From an uncultured Candidatus Izemoplasmatales bacterium (GTDB lineage Bacteria > Bacillota_I > Bacilli_A > Izemoplasmatales > Izemoplasmataceae): DNA of 64,000 bases. The stretch is taken from the NCBI GenBank assembly GCA_964581705.1, contig CAZOPM010000002.1, forward strand, positions 1,687-65,686, read 5' to 3'. This document shows, piece by piece, positions 15,374 to 23,840 of the stretch (its first letter is position 1; the number at the start of each line of letters is the position of its first letter). The translations under genes and the position numbers were made by a program. Below the pieces are notes generated by a model. That model was not told where the DNA came from and ran no database searches. It saw only the letters and a program-made list of their open reading frames with translations.

Positions 15374-16408
15374 TTGAAACGTTTTTTACTAGTCTTGTTG
15401 CTTGGGCTTGTCTTCGCAATGAGCGCATGCACAACAAGTGAAGAAGATAGTGGTGAAGTGACGGTCTATTCCTCGCTTTTCCCTCAATATGATGTTGTTC
15501 GCGCACTTGCCGGAGATTATGTGAACAATGAATTTTTGCTCTCATCGGGTGTGGATGCGCACAGTTATGAACCCTCCCCCAGAACCGTGGCGGATATTTT
15601 CGAATCAGATGCGCTCATTTATACCAATGCAGCGATGGAACCATGGATATCCACTTTCATTGAGGAACATGATAATTACGGCTACACGTTATTGAATATC
15701 AGCTCAAATATTGAAACCATTGGTCACGATGACGATCACGACGATGCCCACGATGACGATCACGACGAGGCACACGATACTCACGATACTCACGATGATG
15801 ATCACGACGATGCCCACGATGACGATCACGACGATGCCCACGATGATGATCATGACGATCACGATCACGGTGATTATGATCCTCATGTTTGGACGTCCCC
15901 ACAAAACATGGTGCAAATCACGCGTGACATTGAGGCGCTCTTATTAGAATTGGTGCCCGAACATAGTGATGTCATCAGCCAAAATGCTGATGAATACGTC
16001 GAATCACTCAACGAATTGGATTCAGCGTTTCATGACACGGTTGAAAGCACTGAGCTTGATAGCATCATGCTTGGTGGACACAATGCATTAGGATATTTCA
16101 CTGAAGCTTATGGACTTGAGCTCATCAATCCTTACCGAGGGTTCTCCACCGACAGCGAACCAACCTCTCAAGCCATCGGTGAGATGATTGACACTATGAA
16201 GGCCAACGAAATAGAGCATTTATTCAGTGAGCATCTCATTTATCCTGACGTCGCCGATATAATAAGCGAAGAAACGGGCGCAGAGATTTTATATCTTTAC
16301 AATGGTGCCAATCTCGGAACGGACGATTTTGATAGTGGCATGGGTATGATCGATATATTTGAACACAATCTTGAAAAAGTACGCATTGGCTTAGGCTACA
16401 GTGAATAA
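15374..16408 (+). CDS. metal (probably zinc) ABC-transporter substrate-binding lipoprotein, ZnuA/AdcA-like, with a His/Asp-rich loop
   Basis: Lipobox LVFAMSAC and a cluster-9 SBP-like sequence with a long HDDDHDDA loop. AGGAG SD lies 8 nt before TTG 15374. No cognate permease or ATPase gene is adjacent. Confidence 0.8.
   Translation: MKRFLLVLLLGLVFAMSACTTSEEDSGEVTVYSSLFPQYDVVRALAGDYVNNEFLLSSGVDAHSYEPSPRTVADIFESDALIYTNAAMEPWISTFIEEHDNYGYTLLNISSNIETIGHDDDHDDAHDDDHDEAHDTHDTHDDDHDDAHDDDHDDAHDDDHDDHDHGDYDPHVWTSPQNMVQITRDIEALLLELVPEHSDVISQNADEYVESLNELDSAFHDTVESTELDSIMLGGHNALGYFTEAYGLELINPYRGFSTDSEPTSQAIGEMIDTMKANEIEHLFSEHLIYPDVADIISEETGAEILYLYNGANLGTDDFDSGMGMIDIFEHNLEKVRIGLGYSE
15725..15862 (+). 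repeat. imperfect in-frame 24-nt tandem repeats encoding (HDDDHDDA)n
   Basis: CACGATGACGATCACGACGATGCC and close variants, 5-6 copies. Confidence 0.85.
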
Positions 16409-16410
16409 GT

Positions 16411-16439
16411 AAAAAAGCATACAAATTGTATGCTTTTTT
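16411..16439 (+). terminator. intrinsic terminator of the znuA-like gene
   Basis: AAAAAAGCATACAA-ATTGTATGCTTTTTT, a perfect hairpin with a T-run. Confidence 0.85.
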
Positions 16440-16638
16440 CATACTATAGGCTTCTAAAGTACATGAAAAATGCTATTATGAAAACTATAGTACGTTGATA
16501 AGAAAGTACGGAAACAAGATGAGACTGCTCGGGTGCAATCGATTTTAATGGAATCGACAAAAGTCGTCACAAACACCTTAGCATCTCGATATTTTTGAGC
16601 AGCTTGGCTATCACTATGCCCAGGCCCTTTTGAATGAT

Positions 16639-16667
16639 TTGAACACCCCATCAAGCGGTGTTATACT
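16639..16667 (+). promoter_or_regulatory. sigma-A promoter of the yjbQ-like operon
   Basis: TTGAAC (16639-16644), 17-nt spacer, TATACT (16662-16667). The -35 overlaps a partial copy (GAATGATTTGAA) of the Fur-like box. Confidence 0.5.
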
Positions 16668-16687
16668 GTGAATGAAGGAGGCTTGCG

Positions 16688-17092
16688 ATGATTAAGACAT
16701 ATACTTTTGAAATCACAACCCAGCGCCCGCAAATCATGCAACCCATCACTAAGGAAATCAAACAGTGTTTGAAACAAGCATCCATTCAAAATGGACACAT
16801 CACGGTATTCATCCCTCATACCACAGCGGCGGTGACCATCAATGAAAACGCCGATCCCGATGTGGAGGGTGATATGATTATGGGCATCGATGCAGCGTTT
16901 CCCGACCGTAAAGCATTCAAGCATATGGAAGGCAATTCCCACGCACACATCAAATCATCGGTAATCGGTGTTGAACAGACGATTCTCATAGAAGCGCAAA
17001 CGATGTTGCTCGGCACGTGGCAAGGCATCTATTTCTGTGAATTTGACGGTCCGCGAACCCGCAAGGTTCATGTACAAATCACCGGAGAGTGA
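16688..17092 (+). CDS. YjbQ/UPF0047 family protein (secondary thiamine-phosphate synthase-like)
   Basis: 134 aa with HTTAAVTINENADPDV and the GNSHAHIK motifs typical of the family. GAAGGAGG SD. Confidence 0.85.
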   Translation: MIKTYTFEITTQRPQIMQPITKEIKQCLKQASIQNGHITVFIPHTTAAVTINENADPDVEGDMIMGIDAAFPDRKAFKHMEGNSHAHIKSSVIGVEQTILIEAQTMLLGTWQGIYFCEFDGPRTRKVHVQITGE

Positions 17093-17147
17093 CGCCCGCA
17101 ATAGAAGTCAGACACGAATGCGTAAACGCAGATTGGAGGCATGCAGT

Positions 17148-17417
17148 GTGCATACTGTGTATATTGAACTCAATGGCATGGTCCAGGGCGTAGGCATGCG
17201 CTTTTTCATTGCCCAGCGCGCTAAGCGCTATGGCATCAAAGGCTTTGTGCGCAACCGCAGGGACGGAAGCGTCGAATGCCTCGCCCAGGGCAATGAAAAA
17301 GATGTAGAAGCGTTTATGGAAGCATTGAAAAAGGAATCCCCTGGAAACATCACCGATTTTCACGCGACACCCACCAGCCCCACCGAGCCACACAATTCAT
17401 TCGATATTCGCCACTGA
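17148..17417 (+). CDS. acyP: acylphosphatase
   Basis: VQGVGMRFF and GFVRNRRDGSVE signatures. GGAGG SD lies 8 nt before GTG 17148. The track start 17037 overlaps the yjbQ-like gene and is rejected. Confidence 0.8.
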   Translation: MHTVYIELNGMVQGVGMRFFIAQRAKRYGIKGFVRNRRDGSVECLAQGNEKDVEAFMEALKKESPGNITDFHATPTSPTEPHNSFDIRH

Positions 17418-17430
17418 AAGAAGGTTCCCC

Positions 17431-18018
17431 ATGCTTAAAACGATTTTCCAGAACTACACACCGAAAAACGAACAGGAAACCATTGACCGTACTACCATTT
17501 TGGCTTTCATTGACAATAATCCCGATGCGCTAGAGCGCACAAACACCATCGCGCACATCACCGTCAGTGCGATTGTCATCAATGATGAAGCGACACATGT
17601 GCTGTTTGCGCATCACAACATTTATAATTCCTGGGCATGGGTGGGCGGCCATGCTGATGGGAATCCTGATCTATTGGAAGTAGCGCTCAAGGAAACCCGT
17701 GAAGAGACAGGACTCAAAGACGTAGCGCCGGTTTACAAAGACCCTTTCATGGTCGATATTTTGCAAGTGACCAATCATATCAAGCACGGCCGCTATGTGG
17801 GGGACCACCTACACCTCAACGCAACCTATCTTCTACGCGGAGATGCCACGGCGCCCTTGAGCGTCAAGCCAGATGAAAACAGCGGTGTTCGCTGGTTCAC
17901 GCTTGATGAAGCGCTCACGCGCGTCAGTGAACCGCGTATGATCCCTGTGTATCAAAAAGCATTCGACGCCATCAGGGAAATGACCCGTGATGATTTTGCT
18001 TACAGGAGGTTCAATTAA
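17431..18018 (+). CDS. NUDIX hydrolase
   Basis: Nudix box GGHADGNPDLLEVALKETREETGL. Confidence 0.85.
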   Translation: MLKTIFQNYTPKNEQETIDRTTILAFIDNNPDALERTNTIAHITVSAIVINDEATHVLFAHHNIYNSWAWVGGHADGNPDLLEVALKETREETGLKDVAPVYKDPFMVDILQVTNHIKHGRYVGDHLHLNATYLLRGDATAPLSVKPDENSGVRWFTLDEALTRVSEPRMIPVYQKAFDAIREMTRDDFAYRRFN

Positions 18019-18650
18019 TGAAAACAATTGATTGTACAGATTCCTACACTCTGCCTTCACTGGAAGATTTCACCCGCGAGGCCTTTGTAAGAGAGATTGT
18101 GTATGAAGGTGTGATCAACGCCCACAAAGCCTATGATGTTTTGGAGAAAAGCCAGGAAGTGCTTAGCGGCACCATCGATGTGCGGTTCAATACTTCAACC
18201 AATCAATTGACATTCATTGACCGCGCCCTGGGACTGACCGCCGATGAGATGGCGCGCGTTCTCCCGGATTTCACCACCGCCTCAAAAGGCCATCCTTTTC
18301 CAAACGGGATTCGAGATGGCTTATTCATCAGTGCCAAAAATGGCGGGGAAGCCGCAATTAAATCAATCAAAAACAACCGGTTTTACCGTGCGGATTTCAA
18401 TAGTGATACCGCCCACACCATCACCATCAACACCATCCATGCCAACATGGACGCCTTCAGATATGTGCACGGCATTCCTGCACTAAGCAACGGGACCGTC
18501 ACCGCTCTTAACCTTCCCCACCCCCTTCCTTTTAAAACGCTTAATGCATTGCGTGAGGCGTTGCTTGAAGACCGGCGCATCAAAGCGCTCACCCAAAATC
18601 CTCACAGAGTCATCACCTTGGCGCTTGATAATGAGGAAGTAACGCTTTAA
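18018..18650 (+). CDS. hypothetical protein, possibly a degenerate GHKL/Bergerat-fold domain
   Basis: 210 aa with a TAATG overlap with the NUDIX stop. EGVINAHKAYD (E-x3-N-A-like) and IDRALGLTADEM (degenerate DxGxG) resemble Hsp90/MutL N-terminal motifs, but only weakly. Confidence 0.35.
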   Translation: MKTIDCTDSYTLPSLEDFTREAFVREIVYEGVINAHKAYDVLEKSQEVLSGTIDVRFNTSTNQLTFIDRALGLTADEMARVLPDFTTASKGHPFPNGIRDGLFISAKNGGEAAIKSIKNNRFYRADFNSDTAHTITINTIHANMDAFRYVHGIPALSNGTVTALNLPHPLPFKTLNALREALLEDRRIKALTQNPHRVITLALDNEEVTL

Positions 18651-18671
18651 AGCGTCCGCGGACGCTTTTTA
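18648..18671 (+). terminator. intrinsic terminator of the yjbQ-acyP-nudix operon
   Basis: AGCGTC-CGCG-GACGCT followed by TTTTT. Confidence 0.8.
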
Positions 18672-18777
18672 CTTTGATTATCAAATAAATTGTTAAAATT
18701 TCTGGGTGAAACCTTATCATATTGATAAATAATGATACAATGATGAGTACAATGAACAATTTTTAAGGAGTGAAAAC

Positions 18778-19971
18778 ATGATAATCAAACCAAGCATACG
18801 TACCAACGTATTTACCAATGCCCATCCTCATGGATGTCGAATCAACGTAAAAAACCAAATTGATGAAGCAAAAACCAAACCCGGTTTTGACGGGCCTAAA
18901 AACGTACTGATCATCGGTGGATCCTCAGGCTATGGCCTGGCAAGCCGAATCGCTCTCGCCTATGGCGGTGGTGCAAACACCATCAATGTCTCTTATGAAA
19001 GCGCCCCCAAAGGCAAGCGCACCGGTACCGCCGGATGGTGGAACAATATTCACTTCCAATCCTTCAGCGATGAACTGGGAACCATTCACCGTGATTTTGT
19101 GGGTGATGCCTTTTCCACGCAGATGAAACACGATGTCATCGCCGCCATCAAAGAACATTTCGGAACCGTTGACCTTGTAATCTATTCGCTTGCGGCCGGT
19201 GCGCGCAAAGACGAAAACACCGGTGAAATCATCAAAAGCGCCATCAAACCCGTAGGCGAAAGCGTCGAGGGGCGAACCATCGATATTGCGAATGAACGCG
19301 TTGATACGCTTCGCGTCGACCCAGCAACTCCAGAAGAAATCGACAACACCATCAAAGTGATGGGAGGCAGCGACTGGGCACAGTGGCTGGATACCCTCGA
19401 AACCTCAGGTGTCCTTTCCCACGGCGTCAAAACCATCGCCTACACTTACATAGGAAGTGACACCACCGAAGCAATTTATCGCGGAGGCACGCTGGGATAC
19501 GCGAAAAGTGACCTGGAAAAAACCGCACGCACCCTCAATGAAACCCTTAGTGCAAGCCTTGGAGGTGAAGCGCTTATCTCTGCATCCAAAGGCGTTGTGA
19601 CCAAGGCCAGTGTCTTTATTCCCCAGATGCCCATTTATGTTTCAGCGCTTTATGATGTAATGGTCAAAGAAGGCATGCACGAAAGCATCCTCGCGCACAA
19701 GTACCGTCTGTTCGCCGATATGGTTTACGGTGAAAAACGCCATACAGACAGCGAAGGAAGATTGCGCATGGATGCATACGAACTTGATGAGACCATCCAG
19801 AAAAAAACACAGGAAATCATGCATAACACCCCAGATGAGCAGCTCTTTAACCTCAGTGGCACCACGCGTTTCATCAACGATTTCTATCAAATCAACGGTT
19901 TCGCCTTTGATACGATCGATTATACTCAGGATGTCGACATGGAAGCCCTCAGTGCACTCACGCTGAAATAA
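18778..19971 (+). CDS. fabV: trans-2-enoyl-CoA/ACP reductase, FabV family
   Basis: 397 aa. The N-terminus MIIKPSIRTNVFTNAHPHGC and GGSSGYGLASRI are characteristic of FabV/Ter. Confidence 0.9.
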   Translation: MIIKPSIRTNVFTNAHPHGCRINVKNQIDEAKTKPGFDGPKNVLIIGGSSGYGLASRIALAYGGGANTINVSYESAPKGKRTGTAGWWNNIHFQSFSDELGTIHRDFVGDAFSTQMKHDVIAAIKEHFGTVDLVIYSLAAGARKDENTGEIIKSAIKPVGESVEGRTIDIANERVDTLRVDPATPEEIDNTIKVMGGSDWAQWLDTLETSGVLSHGVKTIAYTYIGSDTTEAIYRGGTLGYAKSDLEKTARTLNETLSASLGGEALISASKGVVTKASVFIPQMPIYVSALYDVMVKEGMHESILAHKYRLFADMVYGEKRHTDSEGRLRMDAYELDETIQKKTQEIMHNTPDEQLFNLSGTTRFINDFYQINGFAFDTIDYTQDVDMEALSALTLK

Positions 19972-20050
19972 TCAAAGAGTGAACGACACAAACAAAGCAA
20001 GTTTCAGGGTAAGATTGTTAAAACCATTCAACGCATGAAGGAGGAATACG

Positions 20051-20899
20051 ATGAGTATGCTTAAGGAAACATTCACCCTTTACAATGGTGTAAAGATTCC
20101 CAAAATCGGCTATGGTACGTGGCGAATCTATAACGGACCCAATGCCGTTGATGTATTCACAAAAGCCATCCAAGCCGGCTATAGACATCTTGATACAGCC
20201 GCTTTTTATGAAAACGAACAGTCCCTGGGCGATGCCATTCAACAAACTGGAGTTCCCCGCGAGGAACTGTTCATTACATCGAAAGTCCCATCGAACATCA
20301 AGACCTATGCGCAAACAATGGAATATTTCCATACCACCCTTAAAGATCTCAAAACCGATTATCTCGATCTGTACTTGATCCACGGTCCCGCCCCAAGAGA
20401 AGAACGCCATGACACCCGCCCCTACGACGCGGGCAATCTCGAGGTGTGGCGCGCCCTTGAAACACTATACAGTGAAGGCAAGGTCAGAAGCATCGGCGTT
20501 TCCAATTTCGCGGTCCGCGACCTTGAAAACTTAAAAGCCAATGCCAATATTCTCCCCATGGTCAATCAAATCCGCTATTTCATCGGCTTCACCCAAGAAG
20601 CAATCACCACCTTCTGTAAGGCCAACGGCATTTTGGTCCAGGCCTACTCTCCTCTTGGTCGTGGTGGCATTTTTGACCACCCGCAAATCAAACGCATTGC
20701 CGAAAAGCTTGAAGTCACCCCTGCGCAGCTCGCTGTTCGCTTTTGTCTGGAAAACGGCACCAATCCGCTTCCCAAAAGTGAAAATCCACAACGCATGCGA
20801 ACCAATGCGGATGTGGATTTCACCATCGATGCAGTGTCGATGAAGGCACTCAACGCCATTGACTTCGACCCTGCTCGCGATCCCCTGCCAAAGAATTAA
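20051..20899 (+). CDS. aldo/keto reductase
   Basis: GYGTW...YRHLDTAAFYENE...LDLYLIHGP...IGVSNF motifs. Confidence 0.9.
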   Translation: MSMLKETFTLYNGVKIPKIGYGTWRIYNGPNAVDVFTKAIQAGYRHLDTAAFYENEQSLGDAIQQTGVPREELFITSKVPSNIKTYAQTMEYFHTTLKDLKTDYLDLYLIHGPAPREERHDTRPYDAGNLEVWRALETLYSEGKVRSIGVSNFAVRDLENLKANANILPMVNQIRYFIGFTQEAITTFCKANGILVQAYSPLGRGGIFDHPQIKRIAEKLEVTPAQLAVRFCLENGTNPLPKSENPQRMRTNADVDFTIDAVSMKALNAIDFDPARDPLPKN

Positions 20900-20908
20900 C
20901 CCCCTTTG

Positions 20909-20937
20909 TTGACACATCCTTGCCAGTGTGGTAAAGT
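20909..20937 (+). promoter_or_regulatory. promoter of the first lysine-riboswitch unit
   Basis: TTGACA (20909-20914), 17-nt spacer, TGgTAAAGT extended -10. Confidence 0.55.
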
Positions 20938-20966
20938 TTAAACCAATCATGAATAAAAATTCTGTG

Positions 20967-21146
20967 TAGAATGAGGCCGCGCGCGATCAATCACTATGAT
21001 GGGTCCGCGCCGAAGTGCACTGCGTGTGCACTGGGCTTGCGTTTAATAGACGCAAGACTGCAAAACCGCTGTCCCCAACAGTGGTTTAGTGCGCTTCTAT
21101 ACGGCGGGGCAATCGGGAAGCCGTGAGCCTTTGCTCATGGCTTTTT
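20967..21146 (+). promoter_or_regulatory. lysine riboswitch (L-box) with terminator, copy 1
   Basis: Conserved blocks GAGGCCGCGC, GGGTCCGCGCCGAAGTGC, GCACTGGGC, ACTG and GCGCTTCTA. Terminator AGCCGTGAG/CTCATGGCT (21119-21142) plus a T-run. Helices covary with copy 2. Confidence 0.8.
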
Positions 21147-21167
21147 AATTTGAAAGGGGCGCTTAAC

Positions 21168-22337
21168 ATGCCTACACTTGAAGCAATGGTTACAAACGAA
21201 AGGCGCCACCTGCATACAATTCCCGAGATTGGCTTTGATTTGCCCAAGACGCAGGCTTACATCAAACAACGACTGCGTGAAATGGGCTATACGCCACAAA
21301 CCATCGCTCAAAGCGGGGTCTTAGCCAAAATACCCGGAAAACAAGATACCGCCATCGCCTTCAGAGCGGATATGGATGCACTGTATGTCAGTGAAGCCGC
21401 ACATCACGATTTTATGAGTCAACATCCCAAACAGATGCACGCGTGCGGGCATGATGGTCACATGGCCATGCTTCTGGGGCTCGCTCACTATCTCAGTAAA
21501 ATCCCCACGCCTCAAAAAACAATCGTATTGCTTTTTCAACCAGCCGAAGAGGGTCCTGGAGGTGCGAAAGTAATTGTTGATGAGGGCGTAGTAAGCACCC
21601 ATGCCATCGAAAGCATCTATGGATTTCATCTTTATCCTGAACTCCCAGAACACACCATCGGTATGAAAAGCGGCCCCATGATGGCACAAAACGGTGAGTT
21701 CGATGTGCATGTGAAAGGCGTGAGCGCCCACGGCGCCCATCCCCATGATGGTAAGGACGCCATCTCGGCGATGGTGAATCTTTATTCCCAGTATCAAGAT
21801 CTAATCACGAAAATGATCGATCCTCTGGTCCCCTCAGTGATTGCTATAGGCACCATCCAGGGCGGTCAGATGCGTAATATCATTGCCGCACAGGCAGGGT
21901 TTGAAGGAACGATAAGAACGTTTGAACAATCTACCTATGACGCAATTAAAACCACCATGCACCGCCTAGCAACACACACAGCCCGTGCTTACGATGTAGC
22001 CATCGACCTTGAAATCAGAGATTTCTATCCCGCAGTATATAATGATGAAACTCTTCACGCTAATGCACAATCAGCACTCCAATCCTTTGAAACGCAGACG
22101 GTGAGACCGGTGATGCTAGCGGAGGATTTCGCCTTTTACCAACAAGCGATTCCCGGGCTGTTCATGTTGCTGGGGACGCGCAATGAATCACGCGGACATG
22201 TGCATCCTCTTCATTCAGAACGCTTCAATTTCAATGAATCGGTTCTCACAACAGGCGTGCGCGCCTATCTCGCCATCCTGATCCATCAGCGCATCATTGA
22301 ACCCAGTTCAGTAAAATCAATCACACAAAACGAATAA
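21168..22337 (+). CDS. M20-family amidohydrolase, probable N-acetyldiaminopimelate deacetylase
   Basis: RRHLHTIPEIGF and HACGHDGH motifs, with L-box control and lysine-operon context. AAAGGGG SD precedes ATG 21168. The track start GTG 21123 lies inside the terminator. Confidence 0.75.
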   Translation: MPTLEAMVTNERRHLHTIPEIGFDLPKTQAYIKQRLREMGYTPQTIAQSGVLAKIPGKQDTAIAFRADMDALYVSEAAHHDFMSQHPKQMHACGHDGHMAMLLGLAHYLSKIPTPQKTIVLLFQPAEEGPGGAKVIVDEGVVSTHAIESIYGFHLYPELPEHTIGMKSGPMMAQNGEFDVHVKGVSAHGAHPHDGKDAISAMVNLYSQYQDLITKMIDPLVPSVIAIGTIQGGQMRNIIAAQAGFEGTIRTFEQSTYDAIKTTMHRLATHTARAYDVAIDLEIRDFYPAVYNDETLHANAQSALQSFETQTVRPVMLAEDFAFYQQAIPGLFMLLGTRNESRGHVHPLHSERFNFNESVLTTGVRAYLAILIHQRIIEPSSVKSITQNE

Positions 22338-22535
22338 ATACCGCAAGCAACGAGGCCGCGCCAGACCATGAGTAACCGTGTAAAGGGGTCGGTGCCGAAG
22401 TGCGAATCCGCACTGGGCCTGTGTAATAAGATGCACAGGACTGTTCTCCCAGAAGGCCCGATTCTGGGGGGAAGCGCTTATTTGTGGTGGGCGAAAGGAC
22501 TGGTCATGTGCTTTTGCTCATGACCAGTTTCTTTT
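22335..22535 (+). promoter_or_regulatory. lysine riboswitch (L-box) with terminator, copy 2
   Basis: Same conserved blocks (GAGGCCGCGC, GGGTCGGTGCCGAAGTGC, GCACTGGGC, ACTG, GCGCTT). Terminator ACTGGTCATG/CATGACCAGT (22499-22528) followed by TTCTTTT. Confidence 0.8.
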
Positions 22536-22550
22536 GAAAGGAAGATTGAC

Positions 22551-23840
22551 ATGTATCTATACGACCAACAAACTATCGATGAAACAGGAATGCTTCACAT
22601 TGGCGGTGTGTCTGCAAAGACGCTCGTCGACACATATGGAACCCCGCTTTATGTAATGGATGAGAACGCGATGGTAACACGTATGCGTGCCTTTAAGCAT
22701 TACTTTTCCCACCCGAAACTTCAAACACGTGTGCTTTATGCGTCAAAAGCATTTTTAACCATTGCCATGTGCAAGCTGGTGGCCAAAGAGGGCCTCCATC
22801 TTGATGTGGTGAGTGGCGGAGAGCTTATGACGGCCATCAAAGCAGGATTTCCCATGGAAAACATCTATTTTCACGGCAATAACAAATCCCCCGGAGAAAT
22901 CGATCTGGCCTTGGACCACGGGGTAGGGACGTTTATCGCGGACAATCCCCTTGAAATCGACCGTATTGAAGCGCGCGCGCAATCTCCGGTTCGTGTGATG
23001 TTGCGTTTGAATCCCGGCATTGAAGCCCACACCCACGAATATATCGCCACGACCAAGAATGATTCCAAGTTCGGCCTTTCGGTCTATCAACCCTCGACAT
23101 ATGAACTCATAAAACGCATTGAAAACAGTGAACACTTGATTTTCGCCGGCGTGCACTCTCACATTGGCTCACAGATTTTTGAAGATGAATCATTCAAAGC
23201 CCATGCGCGCGCTGTGATTGAAGTGATTGCTACGCTTCATCAGGATTATGACATTATCACTCCGGCGATTAATCTGGGCGGGGGATTCGGGGTGCGCTAT
23301 ACCAGCGAAGACACTCCGGTTGAGCTTTCTTTTTTGCCCGCCCTTCTCACCACGATCAAGGCCATGCTTACGCGCCACAATCTTCCCAGCCCCACCCTCA
23401 TGATAGAACCGGGGCGCGCGATTACTGCCAATGCAGGTGTCACCCTTTATACAGTCGGCGCAATAAAGACAACTCACAGCACAAAGCGCTATTGCTTTGT
23501 GGATGGGTCAATGGCCGATCACTTGCGAACCGCACTGTATCAAGCAAAATATGAAGGAGCAATCGCCAACCGTATGCATGCGGCCCATGATACGTCCTAT
23601 GCAGTAGGCGGCAAAGCCTGTGAATCAGGAGACATCATCATCACTGAGACGCAGTTGCCCACTCCGCAGACGGGGGATATTCTTGCCGTGTTCTCCACAG
23701 GCGCCTATCATCACTCCATGGCATCAAATTACAACCGTCTGCCTCGCCCTGCGGTGGTACTTACCAAAGATGGAACCCACCGCACAATCGTCCGGCGCGA
23801 AACATATGAAGATCTGTTGAGAATGGACGTGGAAGCGTAA
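22551..23840 (+). CDS. lysA: diaminopimelate decarboxylase
   Basis: 429-aa PLP fold-III decarboxylase pattern (YASKAF, HSHIGSQ, GGGFG, CESGD). Confidence 0.95.
   Translation: MYLYDQQTIDETGMLHIGGVSAKTLVDTYGTPLYVMDENAMVTRMRAFKHYFSHPKLQTRVLYASKAFLTIAMCKLVAKEGLHLDVVSGGELMTAIKAGFPMENIYFHGNNKSPGEIDLALDHGVGTFIADNPLEIDRIEARAQSPVRVMLRLNPGIEAHTHEYIATTKNDSKFGLSVYQPSTYELIKRIENSEHLIFAGVHSHIGSQIFEDESFKAHARAVIEVIATLHQDYDIITPAINLGGGFGVRYTSEDTPVELSFLPALLTTIKAMLTRHNLPSPTLMIEPGRAITANAGVTLYTVGAIKTTHSTKRYCFVDGSMADHLRTALYQAKYEGAIANRMHAAHDTSYAVGGKACESGDIIITETQLPTPQTGDILAVFSTGAYHHSMASNYNRLPRPAVVLTKDGTHRTIVRRETYEDLLRMDVEA

Noticed and set aside
15699-15947. Three ORFs (two minus-strand, one plus-strand) of 67-78 aa made of H/R/D or I/V/T repeats
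   Set aside because: They are alternative-frame readings of the 24-nt tandem repeat that encodes the His/Asp loop of the znuA-like gene.
16520-16605. TPP riboswitch upstream of the YjbQ (thiamine-related) gene, because ACTGCTCGGGTGC resembles the THI-box start
   Set aside because: The obligatory CUGAGA and GCG-AGGGA pyrophosphate-sensor elements are absent, and the operon promoter lies downstream of this region.
21123-21167. N-terminal extensions given by the ORF track, here and at 2025, 7578, 12633, 15365, 17037, 28410, 32814, 38190, 41699, 41741, 43021, 44988, 45550, 51194, 54063, 57172, 57419 and 57739
   Set aside because: In each case an internal ATG/GTG/TTG sits 5-9 nt after a strong SD. 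The extension overlaps an upstream gene, a terminator or a riboswitch.
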